Shown in pieces: positions 52,035 through 64,000 of a stretch of DNA of 64,000 bases. The translations under genes and the position numbers were made by a program. The stretch lies in the NCBI RefSeq assembly GCF_963676685.1, contig NC_092353.1:1364001-1428000 (forward strand), written 5' to 3'. The DNA comes from Mytilus edulis (lineage: Eukaryota). The notes beneath the pieces are model-generated. The model had not been told where the DNA came from and ran no database searches. It saw nothing but the letters and a program-made list of their open reading frames with translations. Within the stretch, counting starts at the first letter, position 1. Each line of letters begins with the position of its first letter.

Positions 52035-54372
52035 ATAATGATTGATCCTGTTGAAGGTCATTGTCGATGGAAGATAATGATTTAACTTGTTGAAGGTCAT
52101 TGTTGATAGAAGATAATGATTTATCCTGTTGAAGTTCATTGTTGATATGATTATGATTTGTCCTATTGAAGGTCATTGTTGATAAAAGATAATGATTTAG
52201 TATGTTAAAAGATAATGATTTAGTATGTTGAGGGTCTTGATAATAGAAGATAATGATTTATCCCGTTGAAGGTCATTGTTGATAAAAGATAATGATTTAT
52301 CCTGCTGAAGGCTATTGTTGATAGAAGATACTGATTTATCCGGTTGAAGATCATTGTAAAATAGATGATTTATCTTGTTTTGATCATTGTTAATAGAAGA
52401 CAATTATTCATCCTGTTGAAGATAATGATTTATCCTGTTGAAGATAATTGTTGATAGAAAATAATGATTTATCTTGTTGAAGGTCATTGCTGACAGAAGT
52501 TAATGAATGATCCTGTTGAAGGTCATTGTTTATGGTAGATAAAAATGTATCCTGTTGAAGGTCATTGTTTATAGTAGTTAATGTTTATCTTGTTGAAGGT
52601 AATTGTTTATAGTAGCTAATGATTTATCCTGTTGAAGGTCATTGTTGATAGAAGATAATGATTATTTTGTTGAAGGTCATTGTTCATAGAAGTTCAGGAT
52701 TTGTCCTGTTTAGGGTCCTTGTTGATATAAGGCTATGAATTATCTTGTTGAAGGTCATTGTTGATAGAAGATAATTATTTATCCTGTTGAAGATCAATGT
52801 TGATAGAAGATAACGATTTACCCTGCTGAAGGTTATTGTTGATAGAAGATAATGATGTATCCTGTTGAAGATTATTGTTGATAGAAGTTAATAGTTTATC
52901 CTGTTGAAGGCCTCTGTTGAAAGAAGATAATAATTTATCCTGTTGAAGGCCATTGTTGATAGAAGATAATGATTTATCCCATTGAAGGTTATAGTTTAAA
53001 GAAGATAATGATTTATCCTGTTGAAGATTAAAGTTGATAGAAGTTAATAGTTTATCCTATTGCAGGTCATTGTTGATATTAGAGAATATTTTATCCTGTT
53101 GAAGGTTAGTGTTGATAGAAGATAATTATTTATCCTGTTGAAGATCATTATTGATAGAAGATATTGATTTATCCTGTTGAAGATGATTGTTGATAGAAGA
53201 TAATAATTTATACTGTTGAAGTTAATTGTTGATATAAGATAATGATGAATCCTGTTGCAAGTCATTGTTGAAAAAAAGATAATGATTTATCCTGTTGAAG
53301 ATCATTGTTGATAAAATAAAATGATTTACCCTATTGAAGGTCATTATTGATAGGAGATAATTATTCATCCTTTTAAAGGTTATAGTTGATAGAAGATAAT
53401 AATTTATTCTGTTCAACGCCTCTGTTGAAAGAAGATAATGATTTATCCTGTTGAAGATTATAGTTGAAAGAAGATAATGATTTATCCTGTTGAAGTAAAT
53501 TGTTAAAAGATGATAATAATTTATCCTGTTGAAGATCATTGTTGGTAGAAGATAATGATTTATCCTGTTGAAGATCATTATTGATCGTAGATAATTATTC
53601 ATCCTTTTAAAGGTTATAGTTGATAGAAGATAATAATTTATTCTGTTGAAGGCCTCGGTTGAAAGAAGATAATGATTTATCCTGATGAAGATTATAGTCG
53701 ATAGAAGATAATGATTTATCCTGTTGAAATAAATTGTTAAAAGATGATAATAATTTATCCTGTTGAAGTAAATTGTTAAAAGATGATAATAATTTATCCT
53801 ATTGAAGATCATTGTTCATATAAGATAATGATTTATCTTGTTGAAAGATGATAATGATTTATCCTGTTGAAGATCTTTGTTTATAAAATAAAATGATTCA
53901 CCATATTAAAGGTCATTATTGACAGGAGATAATGATTTATCCTGTTGAAGGTCATAATTGATAAGAGATAATGATTTTTCCTGTTGAAGGTCATTGTTGA
54001 CAGAAGATAATGATTTGTCCTGGTGATGGTTATAGTTGATAGAAGTTAATAGTTTATCCTTTTAAAGGCCTCTGTTGAAAGAAGATAATGATTTATCCTG
54101 TTGAAGGTTATAGTTGATAGAAAATAATAATTTATCCTGTTGAATGTTATTGTTGAAAGATGATAATGATTTATCCTGTTGAAGATCATTGTTGATAAAA
54201 TAAAATGGTTTACCCTATTAAAGGTCATTATTGACAGGAGATAATTATTTATCCTGTTGAATGTCATTATTGATAGGAGATAATGATTTTTCCCGTTGAA
54301 GGTCATTGTTGACAGAAGATAAAAATTTGTTCTGGTGATGGTCAGTGTTGATAAAAGATAATGATTTATCCT
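52035..54372. repeat. Degenerate 39-bp satellite (~60 units)
   Basis: Unit approximately GATAATGATTTATCCTGTTGAAGGTCATTGTTGATAGAA. Confidence 0.93.
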
Positions 54373-55004
54373 TGTTTAGGTTATTGCATTGTTCAAAGCA
54401 AATTTATTCATGCAGTGTATGTTTACTTGTCTTTGTTTATAATACTTTTGATTGAGTTAAGCTATTTCAATCTATATTTTATAGTATTTCTATGTTGTGA
54501 TGTTACACTAGAAATACAGGTTGGGGAGAAGAGTTGCACCTGTTAAAATTTTTAAATCTTCTGCATTTGTTTCGACCTGTCCTAGGTAAGGAATATGCTG
54601 TTCAGTGGTTGTTGTTTGTTGACATGGTTCATAAGTGTTTCTCGTTTTATATATAGATTAATTTACCTTTACAACCTGACTTTGATGGGGAATTGTCTAA
54701 TTGGCAATCATACCACATCTTCTTCTATCTTTTTACACAAATATATGGCAAAATTTAACTAGTTTGTAATTTTTATCTTCCTGGTCATTTTTCCTATCAA
54801 AAGAGTCAATCTTTCTTTTTTTCAAGATAATAGGCAAAAAAGCAAAATATTGATAAATAATCCTCATTATAGAGCAAGAACTCCAAAAAGAGTGGACTGA
54901 CAATTTCAACCTTGTTGACATATTTCTAGATATTGCCTTGCTCATCATTTTTGCTATTTAAAACCTATCTATTATATCATTCAAGAAAAGATACAGAACA
55001 CAAA

Positions 55005-55522
55005 ATAAGAATGTGTCAAAAGTGCATGGATGACTCACTCACACTATCCTTTTCTATGTTCAGTGGACCTGGAAATTGTGGTCAAAAATCTAATTTGGCA
55101 TTTACAAATGTAAATTATAAAGATCATATCACATGGAACATGTGTACTAAGTTTCAAGCTGATTGGACTTCAACTTCATCAAAAACTACCTTGACCAAAA
55201 ACATTAACCTGAATCTCGTACTTTCATTTTCTGTGTTCAGTGGACCATTGTACTTAGTTTCAAGTTAAATGGACTTCAACTTCATCAAAAACTACCTTGA
55301 CCAAAAACTTTAACCTGAAACTTGTACTTTCATTTTCTGTGTTCAGTGGACTATGCAATTGGGGTTGAAGATATAAATTGGCATTAAAATTAGAAAGATC
55401 ATACCATAGGGAACATGTGTACTAAGTTTCAAGTTGATTAGACTTCAACATCATCAAAAACTACCTTGACCAAAAACATTAACCTGAAGCAGGGACGGAC
55501 TAACAATTGTAGGTGGGCATAC
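55005..55522 (+). mobile_element. Pearl/HINE-like MITE with ~3 tandem core modules
   Basis: Same family as 5013-5300. GACTTCAACTTCATCAAAAACTACCTTGACCAAAAAC occurs three times. Confidence 0.7.
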
Positions 55523-55969
55523 AAATGATAAAGTTTGTCACTAAAGAGCAATAACTCCAATAAAGAGTGAACTTGAGTTGTTGATACATTTTTGCTTATT
55601 CTAGTTTCATTCAATCTATTTTTTTAGGGTATTAGATAAGAATGTAAACAGAAAGGTAAACATCTTCATTAAAGGGCAATAACTCTAATAGTAAGGGGTA
55701 GTCAGATGATTTCAACCATGTTACTCATCAAAAGACTTCTAAAGAGCAATAACTCCATAAAGGAGTTGTCTGAAGATTTCAATAGTTTTAGAGAAGATTT
55801 TTGTAAAAGTAAAGTTAACAACACCAGACATTCAATTCATGTATGTACAAGGCAATCTAAAAATATATAAAATATTTATTGCATAAATAAGTAGATTCAT
55901 AACACAATTTATAAAAAAATTTAGAGTCCATAAGTACACTTAAATATAATACTTTCAAGTACTGAGTAA

Positions 55970-57529
55970 TTACAATTTATTATCCTGTGATGGATTTTTA
56001 TCAGAACTATGACCGTTTTTACAATTCATTATGACATGTTTAGCATCTTCAATGTTGGTTTGTAACAAACTATAATAGTATACAGCTATATTTTGTAAAC
56101 ACTCATCATTATCAGAAAAACAAATTTCAAAAACTCTACCAAGCATGTGCTGGCAAATGCCTGGATAATGGAAAAACATTTTCATACAACAATATAAAAG
56201 ATGAACTTTGACCTCAGTAGAAAAGTTTTCAGCATCTTCTATAAAATCTTCCAGAACATAAGGAGGAGCATCTTCATAAATGTTACCATAGTTACCAAGA
56301 AGAGTTAACATTGCACACCTACCGCTATCATCTTTTATAAATTGTAAACTATGACACAACATTGATAAAAACTCAGCACAATTGTCTGATTTTGATAGGT
56401 CTATTTTTTGCATCACACGGAGACAATTTGTGATCACATGACTGATATTGGATTTGAGAAGTTGAGTGAAAATAGCGCAACATTTCTCTGAGGTGTCAGG
56501 GTATGTCTGTTGTACAACAGCTATTATTTGTAATGCACTGAGTGATACAGCCTCGTTAGAATCAGTAGAATGGAGTTGTATTTCATCTAAAATATCTGAC
56601 ACATTTCCCTCATTTAAAAGATTTCTCATAAAATCAATCTTCTTTACTTTCAGGTATGCAGGATCTTTTTGTTTACATTTAAACATTTTATAATGTACGC
56701 TTAAAATCTGACCCGATTCATTCGTATACTTTTCAAAGAATTCTATAACACAGAAAACGACTTCTGCATTTCCTGATTTAATAACATTTACAATATTATC
56801 AAAACACCTTTTAATTACTTCTGTTTTTAAAGATGGAAATTCTTTAACAAAATGTAAAAACAGTTCAAAACAGTGTACTGCTACACTGTTGTTATTATGT
56901 GTTAAATACGGGTCTAATATATTCAATATGTCAAAGATTTCATTCTCTGCTTTGGGTTGATACTTTTGTAAAATTTGAAAACAGTATAAGACTCCCCATG
57001 GTGTTAATGTTTCTATCTTCCCCAAAATAAAATGAGCTATGTTTTTATTAAGTACTATTCCACCTTCTTTAGCTAGAATTTCTTCCAGAACGACAATTGA
57101 ATTTACCATAACAACAGGGTCATGGTCACGTATACACCTGTACAACTGATCCACTATGCCATGCTCATGACAGACTCCTTTTGATCGGAAATTTAACTGT
57201 CCACATCCTAACACAGCTGTTCGTCTTACGTAGGCACTACTATCTTTCAGACCTATCACAGCACTTCTTATTCCATATTCTAGAAAAGTTTCATGGTTAA
57301 ATGTACATATTGTTTTGATTGCGAGTCCACGAACCATTGGGTTGCTGTCTGAACATTCCTGTAGTAAAGTATTCGTAGCCAATAGAATTACATCAGGATC
57401 ACTGAAGGAGTATGTTATCAGAATGTTATAAAGAGCTTTCTTGACAACTAAATCTTGGTTGGCTAGAAGCTTGACGATCTTTGGTAATGCTTCTCTGACA
57501 TCAAAACCTTTTGCATGAAGTGACATCAC
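55970..57529 (-). CDS. AP-4 beta-adaptin-like protein (AP4B1-like, Adaptin_N trunk only), large last exon
   Basis: Acceptor cttttag|GTG. Motifs collinear with beta4: NTLLQECSDSNPMVRGLA, LKDSSAYVRRTAVLGC, DPVVMVN..LEEIL..EGG, EIFDILNILD, PYVLEDF, CQHMLGR, YYYSLL. Stop follows the trunk directly. Confidence 0.9.
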   Translation of the reverse strand: MMSLHAKGFDVREALPKIVKLLANQDLVVKKALYNILITYSFSDPDVILLATNTLLQECSDSNPMVRGLAIKTICTFNHETFLEYGIRSAVIGLKDSSAYVRRTAVLGCGQLNFRSKGVCHEHGIVDQLYRCIRDHDPVVMVNSIVVLEEILAKEGGIVLNKNIAHFILGKIETLTPWGVLYCFQILQKYQPKAENEIFDILNILDPYLTHNNNSVAVHCFELFLHFVKEFPSLKTEVIKRCFDNIVNVIKSGNAEVVFCVIEFFEKYTNESGQILSVHYKMFKCKQKDPAYLKVKKIDFMRNLLNEGNVSDILDEIQLHSTDSNEAVSLSALQIIAVVQQTYPDTSEKCCAIFTQLLKSNISHVITNCLRVMQKIDLSKSDNCAEFLSMLCHSLQFIKDDSGRCAMLTLLGNYGNIYEDAPPYVLEDFIEDAENFSTEVKVHLLYCCMKMFFHYPGICQHMLGRVFEICFSDNDECLQNIAVYYYSLLQTNIEDAKHVIMNCKNGHSSDKNPSQDNKL

Positions 57530-57753
57530 CTAAAAAGATAAATACATATAATCTAATAATTATGTTAAATAAATAATCAATTTCATTAAAGTCTGATTTT
57601 TGCAGCCGATGAACGTGTGGGCATTCCAGTGTTAAGTTGCCACAGACATTTCTATTTGACTTGGGTTTTTGACTGATAACAGAATGTACATTTGTATTTC
57701 GAAAATTACAAGGATATTATCGAGTGCAAAACTAACAGTCCTTGTTGCTTGTT

Positions 57754-58780
57754 ATATATGTAGGACTCTAAAGACAGTGCGATGGTACTCTAAAGTGCGA
57801 TGGTCTACGCTAAAGTACGATGGTTTATCAGGCTAAAGTGTGATGGACTAAAAGGGTAATGGTAAAGGGCTTAAAGTATTAAAGAACACGGATTTTAAAA
57901 AAAGTCTTCTTGCGAAAGCTAGTACAAGGTTTTATGACATATTTGATAGGCTGTATAATTACCGGAAGGCTTAATTGATCATATTTTTAAATTAAGAAGA
58001 ACGACCACGTAATAATTGTTAAAATGGTAATTTAGGTGTGACAAAAATCTATATATCCTGTATATGTTGTTTTTTTTTCTAATTCAGGCCGGTATCACTT
58101 ATCTGGATAATTGATGTAGCTTGCCGTTCACACAGTCTATCACTAATGTGAACATCTCCTCTCAAAGTCGCCATTGTAAATTACAAATACAAAATTCGTT
58201 CGAATTTTTTAGCAGACAATTTATGATTTACGCATGGAAACAAGACGTACCATTATTTAACCGACTTTACTTTGCATTAAAATCGACAATATTTGAACGG
58301 GGACGGCAAAGTAAACTGCATCATAAACAATGATTTCAATGTTTCTGTCAGCTTCAAATAGAAACAGGATAAAGGATACTTATGCGTATACTTTTGTATC
58401 TGTATAGTAAGATGGTAGACTGCAGGACAAAAGACCGTCTTTTAGCACCGAAAAAAAACCACATTTGTTTCAGCCTACAAAACATGGTTATCATGTTTAA
58501 ATTGAGTAAGTCACGGACATTTGCTAATCAAATATTCTACATTTATCTTTCTGAATGTACACTTTTTGTTTGTATAAAAGACTGTTCATGTCATAATCCA
58601 TAGTACGTTTATTACGTCTATACTTTTGCGGACCATCACACTTTAGCGTGTGTAGGCATCGTACTTTAGCGTAGACCATCGCACTTTAGCATGACCATCG
58701 TACTTTAGCGTAGACCATCGCACTTTAGCATGACCATCGTACTTTAGCGTCCCCATCGCACTTTAGAGTCCTACATATAT
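57754..58780. mobile_element. Non-autonomous DNA transposon in the intron of the beta4-like gene
   Basis: Inverted ends ATATATGTAGGACTCTAAAG / CTTTAGAGTCCTACATATAT. Mirrored ~19-20-bp subterminal repeats (GCTAAAGTRCGATGG / CCATCGYACTTTAGC). Confidence 0.85.
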
Positions 58781-59549
58781 TAACCTCATGTGTAAATGCA
58801 TGCAGAAGAATATCTCAAGAATGTTTTGCAACAAACATGGTAAAATATGAAAACGAATTACTACAGAAGAGTGTCCACCATGTACTTTCACTGCACTATC
58901 ATTTGAAAAGAGATATGATTTTTTTCTGAGACAAGTGCTGTGACCATCCACCAGAATTACATGGGGTCATCCGATGTTCAGTTCTTTATTACTTTAAATG
59001 TGTAACATGTTTAATGATCCTTTGCTTTCAGATCAATATTTTATGAATCCCAATCTGTGCAACTACAGGTGTTATTATATATACATGTATATCAAATAGT
59101 CATATAACTATTATATATGAAAGCAAGCATGATTTAATAACCAATAAAAACAATCCATCCTTAAATGCTATGAAACCATTACTATTATTGTTTGTCCTTA
59201 CATCTGAAAGGGTTTGAGCTAAAATAGAAATGGGACAGAGCCTGAGCAGTAGAGGATCCTGTAATATCTATAAAACAGGAAGTAGAATGGTGCGTTTTCA
59301 GTTCCTTGTAAGTCAATCGTGATCACATTTTCCATTTTCTGTAATTTAATCAGATTGTTTCATGATGTAATTGAAAGTTGAGAGAAGATTATGTCCTCGC
59401 GATCCTCCAACAAAGTTTTATTTGTTGTAACCATTTTTTGTGCATCAACATTTTAAACAAATTGCATATGAACATGACTTTGTAACCATTTAATAACAGG
59501 AAATTTTACCTGTGGCCATCCCTGAGTGATCCTTGAATTAGCAGTTTAC

Positions 59550-59645
59550 CTTAGATAAAATAGTCCTGATATAAAGTAGATCAGTTGAGTTGTTTAATTC
59601 TTTTAAGGTCTTCAATACAGCGGAAACATCTCCAATGACAGCCAT
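59550..59645 (-). CDS. AP-4 beta-adaptin-like gene, first coding exon (MAVIGDVSAVLKTLKELNNSTDLLYIRTILSK)
   Basis: ATG at 59645, 96 nt, AAG|gtaaac phase 0, joins 57529 in frame (total 551 aa). An acceptor at 59684 implies a 5'-UTR intron. Confidence 0.8.
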
Positions 59646-59945
59646 TTGTGAATCTTTTTACCATGCTCGACCCATCTCTTACACCTACAAAAAACAGGGA
59701 AATTAATTAAACATTTGTGAATCTTTTCTCTGCTTCTAAATACAATGGCAGCATAGTTCTATTTGATTACCAGACTTAAAGATATTTTATTCTCATAAAT
59801 CTAAACAAGAACAAAGATTTATTACGGCTTTGAGAATTCCTAATGAAGGTAAATCCAGAACAGTTTAGGGATAAAGGGAAATAACTCTTACTTATTTGAA
59901 TAACTAACTAGTGCCAACAAATCTTCATATTACTTTCATGAAAAT

Positions 59946-60064
59946 CAGTGGCGGATCCAGAACTTTTCCTAAGGGGGGGCCCGCTGACTGACCTAAGAGG
60001 GGGCCCGCTCCAGTCATGCTTCAATGATTCCCTATATAATCAACCAAATTTTTCTCCGCCTATG
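59946..60064. mobile_element. Short GC-rich MITE with 5-bp TSD
   Basis: CAGTGGCGGATCCAG ... TCCGCCTATG, flanked by AAAAT on both sides. Confidence 0.7.
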
Positions 60065-60419
60065 AAAATGCTAGTCTAAGAGTTTGTTATCATACATTCA
60101 ATATTTCCTTTGTTCTTTTCATTTCCATAGTCTCACATTTAAATTTCGATTTTTGATATTGATACAAATCATTTTGGTATTTCAATTGAAGCATGTCAGA
60201 TGTTTTTTTATTACTGATAATTGTAACTTAAATAGACTTAAAGTCTTAAATTATTAACTTATGTCAGATGATTTTACAGGTGAAAAATAATCTGGTTGAT
60301 TTTTTCATACATATTTTATTTTTAGTCTTTTAATGTTTGAAAAAAAATTCAGACAAGTGAAATTACAAGCGTTATTATCATAATGTATTTATGTATGTTC
60401 GGGTTTATACCTTTGTAAT

Positions 60420-61160
60420 TTTGCTTTTTTAAGATTTGTATATGACAACTACTTATCATCCTCTGATTATCTGCTTGAGAATGCGAAGGTTCCAACCCTA
60501 CAAGTGAGACGCATCAGGACAATGGCACTTGAGACTTATAAAATTTTAAGTAATTTGGCTCCTGTCTGTTTACAAAATTTACTCCAAATTAAACACACTA
60601 AATATTCTTTTCGATACAGTATTATTTTGGAATACCATAGGTAAGAACTTCCACATATGGAAAAAATCTTTTAGTTTTTGCTGCTGCTTCTTTATGGAAT
60701 AGCTTAGCAGACAATTTCAGGACTGTTAACAGCTTCTCACATTTTAAAAGTCTTGTTCAGTCCTGGAGTGGAACAGAATGTTTTTGCTCTGCCTGTAGAT
60801 AATTTGTGTTACAATATTTATGCTTTTTATGCTGCATTAACAGCTTGCATTGCAACTGAAATTTTGTTATAACATTTTTAAATTTGAAAGATTTGAAATT
60901 TTTACTTTATAAATCATCAATTATTTAAAAAATTATTTTTAAACTGCAAATTTTTAGTGCTTCATACATACATGTATTATATATGTTTTGGTATTTCGCA
61001 AGATACATGTATATGCTATTGCTAAGAGTTAATTTTTTGGTGCTGCTTTTTATTATTTATTTTGCATGCTGCATGCCTTGTATTATTTGTTCTTGCATTA
61101 ATATATGTTTTTATATTCGGTGAAAAGCTCATTAGAGCTTATGTTTATACTGTTTGTCAA
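60420..61160 (+). mobile_element. 5'-truncated CR1/L2-group LINE (ORF2 C-terminus plus 3' UTR)
   Basis: Broken frames read LRFVYD...LLENAKVPTLQVRRIRTMALETYKIL...YSFR...VRTSTYGK.SF.FAAASLWNSL...FKSLVQSWSGTECFCSACR*. Confidence 0.8.
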
Positions 61161-62095
61161 AATGCCTAATATTTTGAGAGTCACTAGTATACTTGTGCAT
61201 AAAATAATTGTATCGGAAATATATTTCAATCTTTAATTTTGTTTTTATTTGAGTTCTTTAGATCGATGGCACCTTTGTTGACAAAAACAAGCGTCCTGTG
61301 TTTTTGACCTATCTAAAAAATCGGGTTAAAAGTCGGAAACGACATGTCATACAAATCCAGAATTGGTTTATAAATTTGATACCAAAGTTTATATCAAAGT
61401 GTTAGAGGCGATCACACTTATGAATTAATGAATTAAATGGTTAAATATATAACTAAGATATAAAATATTATTTTGATGTCTTTTTTGGACAAGTTGTACA
61501 CATTTCAGAATGAGGCACTTTTGGAAGCCTTGCATGGTCTTGTATACATTCAAAAAGGGGTCTTACTGAACGGTTAGAACCTACTCCTTTGTTTATTTCA
61601 GACCGATTCTTTTGGAATGTAAAACTAGTATTAGTGAAAGGGTACAAAAATGTGATATCAAATAAAAAAAAAACCTTAATTCTTAATTATAATAACTTCA
61701 ATTGAAAAGTAATTTCACCACACGTGGTATCATTTGCTATTGTTATTAAGTATAGCAGTCGAATATGACATCATGCGGGGATGCGCAGCATACGGGAAGT
61801 GAAAGTAGAATTAGGTCGAAAACCTAAGACAGTCAAAAACACAATAAGAGACGATACTTACTTACATTTGTACTTATTTATCTAAGTAAGGGCACCGGAA
61901 AAACTAAACACTGCCCCCAGTGATGTGGGATATGAGAATCTGACAAAATAATAGAAAGGATCGTAACCCCCAATGACACCTCCCTACTTGGACAAATTCT
62001 ATTAGTAAATATATTATATTATCAATATAAAACTTTTTAAAGAGGTACAGACGTACAGTCAGTCAGTGCACAGGAGTTTAAAATCCTATCAATGA

Positions 62096-62599
62096 TGTGA
62101 GTTCGTGGTCTAGTGGTTAAGACCGATGGCTACAGTGCTGAAGGTCCCGAGTTCGATTCTCACTCGGGGTGCTAAAAATATCAGCACATCAGAAGGGTAA
62201 TTTTCACCCTCTCACACACATCTCTGGTACCCAGACCGGAGTTTAAACTAGAATGGGTACTTTGGGGGCCTCGGTTGGTCAAAGTTGTCCCTTACTTTGA
62301 CCTGGAGATCAATCTTCTGATATCTCTCTGGTTTGTCTGTTTCCATCAGATGGCCCGGTGGTTCTCTCCGAGTACTTCAGCTTCCTCCACCATAATAACA
62401 GACTGCACGTTGTCCTAGCACTCCCTTTGTGTTGGGTGGGGATTGATTGTCCTTGTAAAAATAATTGTCGTATAAATATACGTTAGTGACACATTTCCAT
62501 TAATCCCGTTAGGGAGTGTACGTGGATGCCACTGTACCCTTGCAGTTTTCGAGGGGTTCTTCGGATATCGGAGGCATTTACCAGTACATACATACATGA
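62096..62599 (+). mobile_element. tRNA-derived SINE with V-domain-like core and (ACAT)n tail
   Basis: A box TGGTCTAGTGG, B box GAGTTCGATTC, core GGTGGTTCTCTCCGAGTACTTCAGCTTCCTCCAC, tail ACATACATACAT. Confidence 0.8.
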
Positions 62600-62610
62600 G
62601 GGGGTAAAAA

Positions 62611-63118
62611 GGTAAACGGACAGAAAGTCACAGGACAAAAAGTCACAGGACATAAAGTCACAAATTTGGTAGGACAAAAAGTCACAAACAATTTGTTGAC
62701 AATTGTTTGAATATATAAGAGAAATATCTTGAAATATTTACTTTTTAATACATATATTCATATTAAAGTTGAGGAAATGTGTCATTATACTTGAAAAATC
62801 AAGATTTATTTAATTTTAATCATGCAAAAGATATATTTCTTGGCACCATGAAGCCATTTAAGTGCCAAGCCATTTTGACATTTGTTTTTTTAACAATTAT
62901 TTGATCATCTTTGATATTTTTTGGATACATTTTGTTAACAAAGTTGGTTTATATATACAATAGTTCAAGAAAAATACAAAAATATTTTTCTAGAAATAAG
63001 CAGTTTTTATTCAAAGAAAATAATCAGAAAAAATGAATTGTGACTTTTTGTCCTGTGACTTTTTGTCCGTGACTTTTTGTCTGTGACTTTTTGTCCTGTG
63101 ACTTTCTGTCCTACATTC
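62611..63118. mobile_element. MITE with GGACA(A/G)AAAGTCAC subterminal repeats and 8-bp TSD
   Basis: TSD GGTAAAAA at 62603-62610 and 63119-63126. Mirrored 15-bp repeats at both ends. Confidence 0.85.
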
Positions 63119-64000
63119 GGTAAAAATATACCAAAGTCGACTATCACAGCTTTGGTATATTTTTACCCCCTCATTGATAGGGTTTCATTCGATAGAAGCT
63201 CTACTGTGATAGTCGACTTTGGTATATTTTTACCCCCTCATTGATAGGATTTCAAACTCCTGTGGTCAGTGCCACTCTTTTCTGTTTGGGTGCACCAAAT
63301 TTATAGTGGTTGAGGACAGTGGGGCGTTCAGACAAGCTAAGTATATCTAAAGATTGAAGATTGTCAAATTTTTCCAAAACAAGGATTGAATTGTGAGATA
63401 CAAATCCTTTTTCAAACTCATACTTGCCCCGTTCAGAAAATTTCTAAAATCTGGTGGACACAGTCATATGAATCGGTCAGAGAAGTTCCGGGAGACTATA
63501 TTCCGAAAGACGCCGTCTGCACTTCCGGTCCGGGAAAACGTTGTGCAAGCATAAAAAAGTACAAGAGAAACTACCAGACTTGTTTTGTGTAAAGGTAACA
63601 CTATTTAACACTGAAACTAGTTGATAGGGTCAGTGATACCGGTCTTCACGGACAGTTTAATGTATTAATGGCCCAAGATTTTAAGAAAAAAGATAGAAAA
63701 AATATGGTCTGTTATCCACTCACCAAAGTCACAGCGACAGGTGCTTGTTTCTATCAATCGCAATAGTTAGTAATCATCAAAAATCTGATGGATAACTGGA
63801 TACCATAAGAAGAATACACCTTATCGCTATTTTTCTGCCATTACTGGATATCACACAGGTTCCCGTAAAATTTTGACATCATAAAACAAAATATCTGACA
63901 CAACAATGGAAAAGTAATTGTTGTATGCGTCAAAAGTTCCGGTACCTCGAATTACCGAATAACAGTGTTATTATCCGAATAACTCATGTAATTACCGAAT

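Larger units (their letters stand above)
62069..63264. mobile_element. Long-TIR non-autonomous DNA transposon (CA...TG ends, 7-bp TSD; P-superfamily-like) hosting two insertions
   Basis: Ends CACAGGAGTTTAAAATCCTATCAATGA / TCATTGATAGGATTTCAAACTCCTGTG. TSD GTCAGTG at 62062-62068 and 63265-63271. Confidence 0.8.

Noticed and set aside
51930-54306. FNRINHYLLST-repeat ORFs (leucine-rich-repeat-like look)
   Set aside because: Translations of the degenerate 39-bp satellite, with many stops and frameshifts.
62099-62172. Possible tRNA gene
   Set aside because: A and B boxes are present, but the anticodon and acceptor stems do not pair, and it continues into a SINE body and tail.

Overview
This is AT-rich, intron- and repeat-rich animal genomic DNA, not prokaryotic. 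The interspersed repeats resemble those of mytilid bivalves (inference). There is no CRISPR array, rRNA or operon. Genes supported by the sequence: (1) the first six coding exons of DCAF6 (WD40 CRL4 substrate receptor; minus strand, 20942 down to 2662, continuing off the left edge); (2) a single-exon 312-aa coiled-coil ORF; (3) a two-exon ~313-aa uncharacterised gene with a GMGYGKRLTF motif; (4) two tandem Tctex-1-domain dynein light-chain paralogues; (5) a divergent, two-exon, trunk-only (ear-less) AP-4 beta-adaptin-like gene. DCAF6 introns hold a frameshifted Crypton-like tyrosine recombinase, an internally deleted hAT element with a perfect 8-bp target-site duplication (TSD), a decayed THAP-domain gene, MITEs and a 48-bp satellite. 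That satellite and exon 3 appear twice either side of a 100-N gap, probably an assembly artefact. The most unusual observation is that the last 36 nt of DCAF6 exon 4 plus the start of its splice donor are amplified into 15 tandem 39-bp units, giving a ladder of in-frame 5' splice sites that each add 13 aa. Also notable: an FRT/loxP-like inverted site downstream of the Crypton recombinase, a satellite formed from a SINE Pol III promoter region, and a triple-nested transposon. All family assignments come from recalled motifs; no searches were run.
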